Shown piece after piece: positions 25,774 through 34,834 of a stretch of DNA of 64,000 bases. The DNA is from Terracidiphilus sp. (GTDB lineage Bacteria; Acidobacteriota; Terriglobia; Terriglobales; Acidobacteriaceae). Position numbers and translations under genes: made by a program. The notes under the pieces are model-generated. The model searched no databases and was not told where the DNA came from. It saw nothing but the letters and a program-made list of their open reading frames with translations. The DNA lies in NCBI GenBank assembly GCA_050013495.1, contig JBEKFD010000001.1, positions 29,024 to 93,023 on the forward strand, written 5' to 3'. The stretch's first letter is position 1; every line of letters begins with the position of its first letter.

Positions 25774-26736
25774 TCACGGCTGAAACACCAGCCGAGCCCC
25801 GCGCTCGGAGCTATTCCACAAGGATTCAACTTCGCTGAGCGGCGCGGTCTTCACCTTAAACTCAAACGGGTTTGAGGCCGCTTCGCGGAAAAACTCGGTG
25901 ACTGCGATCAGGATTTCGTCGAGCGAGGCGCTGCCGAAGCCGCTGCCCAGCAATTCCAGCCCCGAGCTGCGCAGCGTGGCCGCATGCAGGGTGATGTTTA
26001 CGCCGGCGCTGGCGCCGATCTGGATAAAGCGCACTCGAGGCGCGGCTTTGCTGAGGCCGCGTTGTGCAATGGCCTTGAGCACGCTTTCGGCGGGCTGTCC
26101 CCACAGGTAGTCGAGCACCACATCCACGCCCTCGCCTGCGAACTCGCCCCGGAAAGCGGAGACCAGCGCGTCCTGTTCCTGGTGAAGGGAGATGACGGCG
26201 TCCGCGCCCAGGCCTTTCAGTTTTTCCAGCGCTTGCGGGTTGCGTCCCGCGCCCACCACGCGGCGGGCGCCTTTGCGCTTTGCGATCTGCACGGCGAGTT
26301 GCCCAGCCACGCCCGTTGCGCCCAGAATCAGCACGCTTTCTCCGGTCACGAACTTGGCGCGAGCAGTGAGCGCGACCAAGGACGACATTCCCGGATTGGC
26401 GATGCCTGCGGCGGTGGCGTCATCCAAACCGTCGGGGATGGGAACCCATATCTTTCCGTTGGCATTGGCGCGCTCGGCGAACGTTCCGTAAGGCGCGCGC
26501 ACACCGCCAAAATAAATGCGGGTGCCGTCCTCCAGCCGGCCCACGCCATCGACGCCGGGAATGAAGGGCAGCCCGCTAGTGCTGCCGTAGTGAGTGCCAT
26601 TGGCCAGCGATTTGACAATCTGGTGCAGGCCGGCGGCGGTGATGGTCACCGGCAACTCGCCCGGTTGGGGTATCGGATCAGCGAAGGTGGTGTAGGTGGG
26701 CGGGGCATCGAAGCTGCGGACTACGGCGGCGTGCAC
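25774..26736 (-). CDS. MDR/quinone oxidoreductase family protein
   Basis: PFIPGVDGVG, ILGATGVAG, DVVLDYLWG; AGGAG RBS. Confidence 0.9.
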   Translation of the reverse strand: MHAAVVRSFDAPPTYTTFADPIPQPGELPVTITAAGLHQIVKSLANGTHYGSTSGLPFIPGVDGVGRLEDGTRIYFGGVRAPYGTFAERANANGKIWVPIPDGLDDATAAGIANPGMSSLVALTARAKFVTGESVLILGATGVAGQLAVQIAKRKGARRVVGAGRNPQALEKLKGLGADAVISLHQEQDALVSAFRGEFAGEGVDVVLDYLWGQPAESVLKAIAQRGLSKAAPRVRFIQIGASAGVNITLHAATLRSSGLELLGSGFGSASLDEILIAVTEFFREAASNPFEFKVKTAPLSEVESLWNSSERGARLVFQP

Positions 26737-26842
26737 GGGATTTCTCCTGATCTCTTTTGAGTTTCAGATGTGACGGATGAAACTGAAGTCGCAAGGAAAA
26801 TCCGGCCATGGGAAAGCGACTGTGAGGGCTCGCGGAAGCCAG

Positions 26843-27112
26843 TCAGGCAGATTGCCGCTTGTCGGCCTCGATTGCGGAGATGCGTCTGTCGAAGGCGAAG
26901 GACTGCTGTATCTGCTCAAGTCGCTGGACTATAGCCTCGAATTTGACACGATTGACCTCCTCGATTGCGTCGAAACGCTTGTCTTGGGAATCCAGACGCT
27001 TGTCCTGAGAATCCAGGCGCTTGTCGATAGAGGAAAGTACCCCACGAATTTCCCGCAGTTCCGGCGCGAGAAAATCCTGAATTACCTGCGGGGTTTCGTC
27101 CACAACGCCCAT
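26843..27112 (-). CDS. Small coiled-coil hypothetical protein with tandem heptads
   Basis: QDFLAPELREI...(DKRLDSQ)2-DKRFD, encoded by a 21-bp tandem repeat. Confidence 0.72.
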   Translation of the reverse strand: MGVVDETPQVIQDFLAPELREIRGVLSSIDKRLDSQDKRLDSQDKRFDAIEEVNRVKFEAIVQRLEQIQQSFAFDRRISAIEADKRQSA

Positions 27113-27214
27113 GCTGATCGCCGTTCCTGACTTGAAGTTTACACCTGACTTGGAGAATCCAGATAGAAAACCGCCGGTCTTTACATCCCGGCGGCGACCC
27201 TGCCACACTAGGGA

Positions 27215-28765
27215 GTGGACACCCAGACAATCGTAATTCTCGATTTTGGTTCGCAGTATACGCAGCTGATTGCGCGGCGTATACGCGAGCAGAACGTCTT
27301 CTCCGTCGTGCTGCCCTGCACGGCGCCCCTTGCGGAAATCCAGGCGCACAAGCCGCTCGGCATCGTTCTGTCGGGCGGACCGTCGTCAGTGTACGACGCG
27401 GATGCTCCGGCGGCGGATGCGGCTGTGCTCGGGATGGGCGCGCCGGTGCTGGGCATCTGCTATGGACTGCACTTCATCGTGCATCACCTGGGTGGCAAAG
27501 TGAAGTCCGCGCCGCTGCGCGAGTATGGGCATGCGGAGGTGACGATCGAGGACGGCGCCACTGCTCTGTTCGCGGGCCTGCCGGCGACTCTACAAGTGTG
27601 GATGAGCCACGGCGACGAAGCCGAGGAACTGCCGGGAGGATTCACGCGGACGGCGATTACATCCAATGCGCTGGCGGGGATTGTGAACGAGAAGCGGCGC
27701 ATCTGGGCGGTGCAGTTTCATCCCGAGGTGCACCACACGCCGCTGGGATCGCAACTGATTCGCAACTTCGTCTTCAACATTTGCGGAGCGGCTGGGGATT
27801 GGACGCCGGCGCACTTTATTCAGACGACGGTTGAGGAAATTCGCGTCAAAGTGGGCGCGGGGCACGTGATCTGCGGGCTGTCGGGCGGCGTGGACTCGTC
27901 AGTGGCCGCGGTGCTCGTGCACAAGGCGATCGGCAGCCAGTTGACTTGCATCTTTGTCAACAACGGAGTCCTGCGCAAGAACGAGTTCGAGAGCGTGCAG
28001 AAGAATCTGCGCGATAAATTGGGACTGAACATTGTGGCTGTGGACGCGAGTGAACGGTTTCTGGAGCAACTGGCGGGAGTCACCGATCCGGAAGCCAAGC
28101 GCAAACGGATTGGCGCCGAGTTCATCGCCGTTTTCGACGATGAGGCGACGCGCATTGCGAAGGAAACCGGCGGCGTGGACTGGCTTGTTCAGGGGACGCT
28201 CTATCCGGACGTGATTGAGTCGAGCAGCGTGAAGGGGCCGAGCCAGACCATCAAGAGCCATCACAACGTGGGCGGGCTTCCGCTGGGGATGAAGCTCAAG
28301 TTGATCGAGCCGCTGCGCGACTTGTTCAAGGATGAGGTGCGGCGCATTGGGCGCGACCTCGCCATGCCGGAGGACGTGCTGGGTCGGCAGCCGTTTCCTG
28401 GGCCGGGGCTGGCGGTGCGCATCCTGGGTGAAGTTACGCCGGACCGCGTGGCGCTGCTGCAGGAGGCGGACGAGATTGTTGTCGCGGAGATCAAGACGGC
28501 GGGGCTTTATTCGAAGATTTGGCAGAGCTTTGCCGTGCTGCTGCCGGTGATGAGCGTGGGCGTGATGGGCGACCAGCGGACTTACGCGTATACCTGCGCG
28601 GTGCGGGCGGTGCACTCCGAAGACGGCATGACGGCGGACTGGACGCCGCTGCCGTACGACGTGCTGAAGCGCATCTCCAGCCGGATTGTGAACGAGGTGC
28701 GCGGGATCAATCGCGTGGTTTATGACATCACGTCAAAGCCGCCTGGGACGATTGAGTGGGAATAG
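27215..28765 (+). CDS. guaA: GMP synthase (glutamine-hydrolyzing)
   Basis: [51 protein letters not shown]. Confidence 0.98.
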   Translation: MDTQTIVILDFGSQYTQLIARRIREQNVFSVVLPCTAPLAEIQAHKPLGIVLSGGPSSVYDADAPAADAAVLGMGAPVLGICYGLHFIVHHLGGKVKSAPLREYGHAEVTIEDGATALFAGLPATLQVWMSHGDEAEELPGGFTRTAITSNALAGIVNEKRRIWAVQFHPEVHHTPLGSQLIRNFVFNICGAAGDWTPAHFIQTTVEEIRVKVGAGHVICGLSGGVDSSVAAVLVHKAIGSQLTCIFVNNGVLRKNEFESVQKNLRDKLGLNIVAVDASERFLEQLAGVTDPEAKRKRIGAEFIAVFDDEATRIAKETGGVDWLVQGTLYPDVIESSSVKGPSQTIKSHHNVGGLPLGMKLKLIEPLRDLFKDEVRRIGRDLAMPEDVLGRQPFPGPGLAVRILGEVTPDRVALLQEADEIVVAEIKTAGLYSKIWQSFAVLLPVMSVGVMGDQRTYAYTCAVRAVHSEDGMTADWTPLPYDVLKRISSRIVNEVRGINRVVYDITSKPPGTIEWE

Positions 28766-28811
28766 ATACGAAATACGCAGGCCAATCTGACAGCTCCTGG
28801 CGCATCCTGGA

Positions 28812-28845
28812 TATTATGGCATTTATTCGGCAGTATGCCATAATA
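28812..28845 (+). promoter_or_regulatory. TA operator palindrome overlapping the -10
   Basis: Perfect 11-bp inverted repeat TATTATGGCAT-N12-ATGCCATAATA containing TGC-CATAAT. Confidence 0.75.
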
Positions 28846-28863
28846 CTGTCTAGGTGACAGACA

Positions 28864-29109
28864 ATGACGGAAACGGTTGTTTTGGGAGAAAGTGGCAGAA
28901 TTGTGATACCGTCCGCGATTCGCAATGAGCTTGGCCTGAAAGCCGGGGACCGGCTTACAGTTATCAGCGACGGCGGAGCCCTCCGGATTTTGAGCAGGAA
29001 GATGGCACTGGCCGCTATTCGGGCCGACATCATCAAGCACCGAGGAAGCCTCGACGGAATCCTGGATGAATTCATGGCGGAAAGGCGTGAGGAAGCAGCG
29101 CGTGAATAG
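28864..29109 (+). CDS. AbrB/MazE/SpoVT family antitoxin
   Basis: GRIVIPSAIRNELGLKAGD. Confidence 0.9.
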   Translation: MTETVVLGESGRIVIPSAIRNELGLKAGDRLTVISDGGALRILSRKMALAAIRADIIKHRGSLDGILDEFMAERREEAARE

Positions 29110-29506
29110 GATCGTCCTGGATTCCTCAGCGGTGCTGGCAATGTTGCTGAATGAGCCGGGAGGGGAGCGTATGGAATCCCTCCTGGACGCTCTCGGACGG
29201 GAGGCCCGGTTTCAGGTGGCAATCAGCTCGGTGAATTGGTGCGAGATTCTGACTCGAATGCAGCGAGAACAGGTGGGAATGTCATCCGAGAGGTTGTCGA
29301 CAGTACTGGGGGGCGTCGATTTTTATCCGTTTGGTAAGGCTGATGCAGAAGCGGCCGCTGATTATGCACTCGTCAATCAGGCATTGTCTTTTGGGGATCG
29401 GGCGTGTCTTTCGCTCGCCAAGAGCTTGTTTGCGACGGCATGGACAACGGAGCGACTTTGGGCGCGGTGCGCGCTGGACGTCCCAGTGGAGCTGATTCGG
29501 CCGTAA
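29102..29506 (+). CDS. vapC: VapC family PIN-domain toxin
   Basis: VLDSSAVLA...VNWCE...LSFGDRAC...TTE; GTG start overlaps the antitoxin end. Confidence 0.9.
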   Translation: MNRIVLDSSAVLAMLLNEPGGERMESLLDALGREARFQVAISSVNWCEILTRMQREQVGMSSERLSTVLGGVDFYPFGKADAEAAADYALVNQALSFGDRACLSLAKSLFATAWTTERLWARCALDVPVELIRP

Positions 29507-29523
29507 ATCTGGAGCGACCGACG

Positions 29524-30345
29524 CTACGCCGCTTTGGGCCGGGTGTACCATCCGAAGGCTGCTGTGCCCACCACGATTACTGCTAGCATGCCGATCCATG
29601 TGAGGCCGGCCATTTGGCGGACTTGCTCCTCGCGCGCTTCCACTTCGCGCATGTTGCGACCCGCTAGAACGAATCCGCTGGGTGCGCCGTTGCTGCCCTG
29701 AATCCGCTGGATCACCGCGGCGATGTGGACGCCGTTTTCCCGGCCGAGGATGGGCTGCCAGCTGATGCGCGCTTCTCCGTGCTGGCGCACATTGTCAAAC
29801 ACTCCGCTGGGCGGCACGGGGGTTTGCCCGTTGAGCTCAGCTTGCGAGGCAAGCGGATGGCCCTGGCCGTCGTAGACGATGACGAAGGGCGTGAGGCTGC
29901 GGGCCATGTCCACCTGCGCCGAACCGCCGGCGAGTGCGGGCAAAGCGCTCGGCTGGATCGTTTCCGCGGGATTGCCCTTTTCGAGCGCTGCTACTACATC
30001 GGTGGCCATGGCAATCTGCGGGTCATCGGCGCCCAGGCGGAGAACCTGCTGGGGAATGGCATAGAGGGCAAGCGCCAGGCCCGAGGCCAGCGCGGTGAGA
30101 ATGAGCGCGTTGAAGACGAGGGCGGGACGGGCAAAGATGTCGCGCAGCATGGAGAGGTGCTCCTTGGTGAGTGATGTGACCAGGTCGCGGAGAACGAGTG
30201 GAATAAGGGTTCGGCGAGAAAGTGAATTGTCTCCAAGTGCGTCGCGGAGGGTTTGGCGCATGGAGGCCGCATAGCGCTCGCGAAAAGTTGCGGGATAGAA
30301 GCGAAGTGCGTATGCGTAAAGAAACTCGAGCCGGGCTGTGGTCAT
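29524..30345 (-). CDS. PadR-associated membrane protein (YPxxFRxxY N-terminal prefix, TM-periplasmic-TM)
   Basis: FYPATFRERYAASM prefix; two TM helices flanking a small sensor-like domain (FVIVYDGQGHPLAS); ATGA overlap with padR. Confidence 0.8.
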   Translation of the reverse strand: MTTARLEFLYAYALRFYPATFRERYAASMRQTLRDALGDNSLSRRTLIPLVLRDLVTSLTKEHLSMLRDIFARPALVFNALILTALASGLALALYAIPQQVLRLGADDPQIAMATDVVAALEKGNPAETIQPSALPALAGGSAQVDMARSLTPFVIVYDGQGHPLASQAELNGQTPVPPSGVFDNVRQHGEARISWQPILGRENGVHIAAVIQRIQGSNGAPSGFVLAGRNMREVEAREEQVRQMAGLTWIGMLAVIVVGTAAFGWYTRPKAA

Positions 30346-30686
30346 GAGCGGCCTCCGTGCGGGATCAGGCCGCGGGAGCGGGCGGAAGCCATGGCCGCAT
30401 CGAGCCTACTCAGTTCCGCCGAGAGCATGGATTGACCTCGCTGGGTTAGGCGGTAATAGCGACGCCGCTCGTCGTCGGACGCACCCGTTTCTTCCACCAG
30501 GCTGTCACGCATCATGCGATCCAGGGAACCGTAGAGGGTTCCCGGGCCCATGTTGATGCCGCCGCCCTGGGACGAGCGGGCGTCTTTCATGATTAGGTAG
30601 CCGTGCTTCTCGCCTTCTGCGAGCGAGAGCAGGATTGAAAAAACAGCGGGGGTGAGCGGCGTCGCCGGCACGGTAGCAGTAGCCAT
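30342..30686 (-). CDS. PadR family transcriptional regulator
   Basis: ILLSL...HGY...GPGTLYGSLDRM...RRRYYRLT. Confidence 0.93.
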   Translation of the reverse strand: MATATVPATPLTPAVFSILLSLAEGEKHGYLIMKDARSSQGGGINMGPGTLYGSLDRMMRDSLVEETGASDDERRRYYRLTQRGQSMLSAELSRLDAAMASARSRGLIPHGGRS

Positions 30687-30696
30687 GAAACGAATA

Positions 30697-30715
30697 TATA
30701 TCCATCGCGGATATA
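30697..30715. promoter_or_regulatory. Putative PadR operator, copy 1
   Basis: TATATCC-N5-GGATATA just upstream of padR. Confidence 0.75.
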
Positions 30716-30740
30716 GAAGCAAATCAGGTAATTTTCCCAA

Positions 30741-31625
30741 TCAAGTAGCGCGGCTAAACAAACCGAGAGGCTTTTTGAAGAAGGCAAAGGCGATCAGCAG
30801 GCAAGCTGTTCCGGCGCCGATGAAGATTGCAGACAAAAGCAGAACCTGAGCGAGCGGCGCTTTTGCGGCCCCCTCGCCAAACAGCTCGCTCATGAGAATC
30901 AAAGTGCCGATCGCCAGTCCGGCAACGGCCACTGAAACCCATTGAACCCATCGCCTCGATCGCGGCTGCGAGGCAGGGGGCTCAACGCTGGGCTTGTCGG
31001 TTGCGAAAGGCAGCAAGGCTACCGAAAGCGCAGCCTGCGAAGCGGCAATCAAGACAAAGCTCAGCAGAATGGCCAGGAAGTGCAGCGTGACGGACTGGAT
31101 GAGCTGCTCAGGGAAGAGTGCAAGGATGAGGATGAACGCCAGGACGGCGATCACGGTCTTTGTGGAGTGCATGGGCGCGGCGGGGAGTTCAATGCCGCGG
31201 GCCGATCGGCGGACGAGGTAAACGGTGGCGAGCGAAATTGCGGCCATGGCGAGCATCAGCGCTGCAAGTTTGGCCGTTCCTGCCTTGCCCATCCAAATAG
31301 AGGTGTGGCGCGCCATGGCAATGGCGTCTGTGGCGAGCGCGACCAGGATGCCGAGCGGGATGGCGATCTGGGTGCGGGCCAGGAATGCCTGGTCGAATGC
31401 GGTGGGGCGTGGAGCACGATAGGGCCGAAACGCGCGCACCAGGGAAAGCACAGCCAGCAGAATGGAGAGGATCAGGCAAAATGAGCCGACCGCGTCGTAT
31501 GGATCGTCGCCAAATGGGATGATCGGCGCGAGTGCCGGGTCGTGTTTTGCGGCCATGAAAAAGAAATAAAACACCAGGGAAAGGGCAAGAGCAGCAAGAG
31601 AGTTGAGTTTGAGTCGCAGGCCCAT
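30741..31625 (-). CDS. Multi-pass membrane hypothetical protein
   Basis: About 8 hydrophobic segments, PFGDDPYDAVGSF motif, AAGGAGG RBS. Confidence 0.82.
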   Translation of the reverse strand: MGLRLKLNSLAALALSLVFYFFFMAAKHDPALAPIIPFGDDPYDAVGSFCLILSILLAVLSLVRAFRPYRAPRPTAFDQAFLARTQIAIPLGILVALATDAIAMARHTSIWMGKAGTAKLAALMLAMAAISLATVYLVRRSARGIELPAAPMHSTKTVIAVLAFILILALFPEQLIQSVTLHFLAILLSFVLIAASQAALSVALLPFATDKPSVEPPASQPRSRRWVQWVSVAVAGLAIGTLILMSELFGEGAAKAPLAQVLLLSAIFIGAGTACLLIAFAFFKKPLGLFSRAT

Positions 31626-31687
31626 TGAACCTCCTTCGCGTTGTGCAGGATTCCGCCTGAAGACCGGAATTCCGGGCGGATTTCAAT

Positions 31688-31708
31688 ATATATCCACTAC
31701 GGATATAT
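31688..31708. promoter_or_regulatory. Putative PadR operator, copy 2
   Basis: ATATATCC-N5-GGATATAT upstream of the 31625 gene. Confidence 0.75.
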
Positions 31709-31754
31709 CTGCAACAGAAATATTCGTGAATTCAAAGCAGAAGTCGTTTCGGGC

Positions 31755-32333
31755 TCAGGTAGCTTGAGGACGCAGAGTGGCCACTTCCCGCGCCAGTGCG
31801 TCAATGCGGGCCAGCAATTCGGCGTGGCGCTTGTCTTCTACCGAGGGTTCGTAGGCTTCCACGTAAAACGTCCCGTTGGGCTCCAGTTCGCATTTGCGCA
31901 CTTGGTGGAAGTCCTCAAAGCCCTGGCGATGCACGACGGAGAGCAGCTCTTCGCGGGAGAGCATCTCGCGGTTCATGGCCTTGAGATCGATCTGGCCGTT
32001 GCGTATGAGGATGGTCGATCTGCCTTCGAGAGCGCGGGTGAGGCGCTGGGAGCGGAACAGGACGCGGACTACGAGCCAGTTGATGGCCAGCAGGCCGAAT
32101 GCGCCGATAATGCCGCCGGTAACGGAGTTGTCGTCGCCGATGATGGCGTTCTGCACGGTATTGGAGAGCGAGAGCAGCACCACCAGGTCAAAGGGGTTGA
32201 GCTGCGCCAGTTCGCGCTTGCCAAAGACGCGCAGCAGCGCCACCAGGACCAGGTAAACGATGACCGGGCGCGCCAGCTTCTCCAGAATGGGAAGCGGCAG
32301 GTGGAACATGCTGTCAAATATTGGGGAGTGCAT
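31755..32333 (-). CDS. DUF421/YetF family membrane protein
   Basis: GKRELAQLNPFDLVVLL...LEG...LEPNG. Confidence 0.9.
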   Translation of the reverse strand: MHSPIFDSMFHLPLPILEKLARPVIVYLVLVALLRVFGKRELAQLNPFDLVVLLSLSNTVQNAIIGDDNSVTGGIIGAFGLLAINWLVVRVLFRSQRLTRALEGRSTILIRNGQIDLKAMNREMLSREELLSVVHRQGFEDFHQVRKCELEPNGTFYVEAYEPSVEDKRHAELLARIDALAREVATLRPQAT

Positions 32334-32355
32334 GGAACCGAGAATAATTGCTCAG

Positions 32356-33633
32356 CTATTTTCTTTCCAGGCGGATGATCAGATTTACATCGTGAGTCGC
32401 AGGGTCGGCGCGGACGTCGTAGGAGACCTTGACGCCGGCCAGGGTGCGCTGCAGGACGGGGTCGGAAGTTTGCGCCTTGTAGATGAAGCCGGCGACATAG
32501 CTGGCGTCAAATGGATCGCCGGGGAACATCTGCCAGTTGCGCATGAGCAGCTTGCGCAGGTCGTCGCTAACGTTGTCGAATTTGAGCAGGGCCAGGTGAT
32601 AGACGGGGCCGGAATGGATGTCGACGGTGTAATTAACGACGCTCGCGGCTTCGTCGAATTCGGGGCGTTGCGTCATGGCGAAGTCGAGGTATCCCTTGGA
32701 GTGGTAGCGACCGGCGATAAGCCCCCAGATGTTCCGGATGGCCGGGCCCTTCAGGGTTCCGGCGGCCGAACTGGTCATCTTGTCGATTTCCGCCGGGGAA
32801 ACAAGCGAGTCGGGCGGCAGATGGATGGCGCCAAGCTTGTAGAGGTGGCCTTCCTCGATGGTGACGGAGTAAGGAATATCGACGGCAACTGCGCCGATTT
32901 GCGGATCGCCCGAACGGACGGCATGGACTTTTACGGCCGCGTAGCCATCGTCAGCGTAAAAGGAGGTGAACGCGTGCTCCAGGTTGGCGGCGGAGTTTGC
33001 GGTGTCGAATGAAGTGCCCGACTGCTTGTCGGCGATAGCCTTGACCCTGTCCATCATGGCGGGAGAGACGCCCTGCAATTGGAGCATGCCGACGCGCACT
33101 GGAGGCGAGGCGATAGAGAAATTCATGGCCGAGATATTGCGGGTGCCTGCCTGGCCGAACGGCGTGGTTGTGATGGTGGCCTTGATGCCCTGGGCGGCGA
33201 GCATCTCCTCGAGCGTGCCGCGCACGCCGTCGAGCAGCGTGCCTTCCGAGGGAACCTTGCCGTGATAGAGAGGAAAGCGCTCGTGGAGTTTGGCGTCCAG
33301 CTCAGGGCTGGCGGTGAGGGGGAGGTTTTCCAGGCGGATGGGAAAGAGCGTCGATGACGGGATCAAGGTGTAGATGAGGTCGACGCCATCGAATTTGTAG
33401 GTGAGGTTATCGAACATGCCGGAGTCCATCAGGAGCTTGGATTGGTCGTTCATCTCGGCGGAAGTAAAGACGCCGCCCCTCTTGAGGCCTGCGGCGGCCA
33501 GCAATTCCTGATCGGTATATTCCGGGTCACCCTTGAATTGGATGGTTTTGGGTTGGAATTTTTGCGCTGAGACAGGCCTGCAAGCCCACACGAGGGCAAC
33601 GGAACAGACAATCGCAAATATCGGCCTTCGCAT
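32356..33633 (-). CDS. Secreted POTRA-domain protein without a beta-barrel
   Basis: Signal peptide VSA|Q; repeated POTRA-like units (IQFKG, FYADDGY, YHSKGYL, GPVY). Confidence 0.75.
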   Translation of the reverse strand: MRRPIFAIVCSVALVWACRPVSAQKFQPKTIQFKGDPEYTDQELLAAAGLKRGGVFTSAEMNDQSKLLMDSGMFDNLTYKFDGVDLIYTLIPSSTLFPIRLENLPLTASPELDAKLHERFPLYHGKVPSEGTLLDGVRGTLEEMLAAQGIKATITTTPFGQAGTRNISAMNFSIASPPVRVGMLQLQGVSPAMMDRVKAIADKQSGTSFDTANSAANLEHAFTSFYADDGYAAVKVHAVRSGDPQIGAVAVDIPYSVTIEEGHLYKLGAIHLPPDSLVSPAEIDKMTSSAAGTLKGPAIRNIWGLIAGRYHSKGYLDFAMTQRPEFDEAASVVNYTVDIHSGPVYHLALLKFDNVSDDLRKLLMRNWQMFPGDPFDASYVAGFIYKAQTSDPVLQRTLAGVKVSYDVRADPATHDVNLIIRLERK

Positions 33634-33802
33634 GTTGGAAGAAGAGTATCAGATGATAAGGCGGGGATCGCCTGACGCCCGGAAGCGGGATCTGCTTGGA
33701 TAGGTGAGCGATCCACGGTGCAGCCTAGACAAATGCAGCGAGTTAGCCCACTGCGCGGGGTTGGCGAGTTAGCGGAGGTTTCGGAGCGACGAATTCAGTC
33801 GA

Positions 33803-34744
33803 TTAGGCGGGCACTATGCCGGCTTTTTCGCGGAAAAAGGGGAGGGACTTGGCGAGGCCCTCGGGGAGGGTGATTTGCGGTTCCCAGTCCAGCAGGGTGC
33901 GGGCCTTGGTGATGTCGGGGCGGCGGCGGGCGGGGTCGTCTTCAGGCAAAGGCTCAAAGCGGAGTTCGCTTTTGGAGCCGGTTGCTTCAATCACCGCCTG
34001 GGCACACTCGAGGATGGTGAACTCGTTGGGGTTGCCGATGTTGACGGGCAGATGCTCGCTGGATCGCGAAAGGCGCAGGATGCCTTCGATGAGGTCGTCG
34101 ACGTAGCAAAAGCTCCTGGTCTGGCTTCCGTCTCCGTAGACGGTGAGGGGCTCGCCGCGCAGGGCCTGCATGATGAAGTTGGAGATGACACGGCCATCGC
34201 TGGGATGCAGGCGGGGCCCGTAGGTGTTGAAGATGCGCACCAGGTGGGTGTCCACGCCACGTGAGCGATGGTAGGCCATGACGAGCGCCTCGGCAAAGCG
34301 CTTTGCTTCGTCGTAGACCGAGCGGGGGCCGACCGGGTTCACGTTGCCCCAATAGTCCTCGGTCTGGGGATGTTCGAGCGGGTCGCCGTAGCACTCCGAG
34401 GTGGAGGCGTGCAGATAGCCGCTGCCGTATTTCGCTGCGATCTCCAAGGTGTTTTCCGTGCCGGCGGAGCCGACGCGCAGGGTTTCGATCGCCAGGCGGA
34501 GATACTCGGGCGGGCTGGCGGGGGAAGCGAAATTGAAGATGTAGTCGACCGGGCCGGGATTGAAGGGCTGACAGATATCACGCTGCTCGAAATGAAAGCG
34601 CGGCTCGCTGGCCAGATGCGCGAGATTTTCCGGGCTGCCGGTGGATAGATTGTCGACCCCAACTACGGTGTGTCCCTCGTCGAGGAGGCGATCGGTGAGG
34701 TGGGAGCCAAGGAATCCAGCAGCGCCGGTAACAAGTACGTGCAT
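33803..34744 (-). CDS. UDP-glucuronic acid decarboxylase family SDR
   Basis: [46 protein letters not shown]. Confidence 0.93.
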   Translation of the reverse strand: MHVLVTGAAGFLGSHLTDRLLDEGHTVVGVDNLSTGSPENLAHLASEPRFHFEQRDICQPFNPGPVDYIFNFASPASPPEYLRLAIETLRVGSAGTENTLEIAAKYGSGYLHASTSECYGDPLEHPQTEDYWGNVNPVGPRSVYDEAKRFAEALVMAYHRSRGVDTHLVRIFNTYGPRLHPSDGRVISNFIMQALRGEPLTVYGDGSQTRSFCYVDDLIEGILRLSRSSEHLPVNIGNPNEFTILECAQAVIEATGSKSELRFEPLPEDDPARRRPDITKARTLLDWEPQITLPEGLAKSLPFFREKAGIVPA

Positions 34745-34834
34745 TCGAGAGAGTCCACTTCCAGGCTGAGAATGGGCAATTCCAGTCGGGCGCATTCCAA
34801 CCTTGAGTGCATGGAATTTTGCGCTTTAGTCTCC

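Noticed and set aside
26777-27130. 117-aa + strand ORF with a repeat
   Set aside because: Antisense of the coiled-coil gene, whose heptad pattern is more convincing.
28740-32300. Possible genomic island integrated at the guaA 3' end
   Set aside because: No integrase, no duplicated guaA end and no clear compositional shift.
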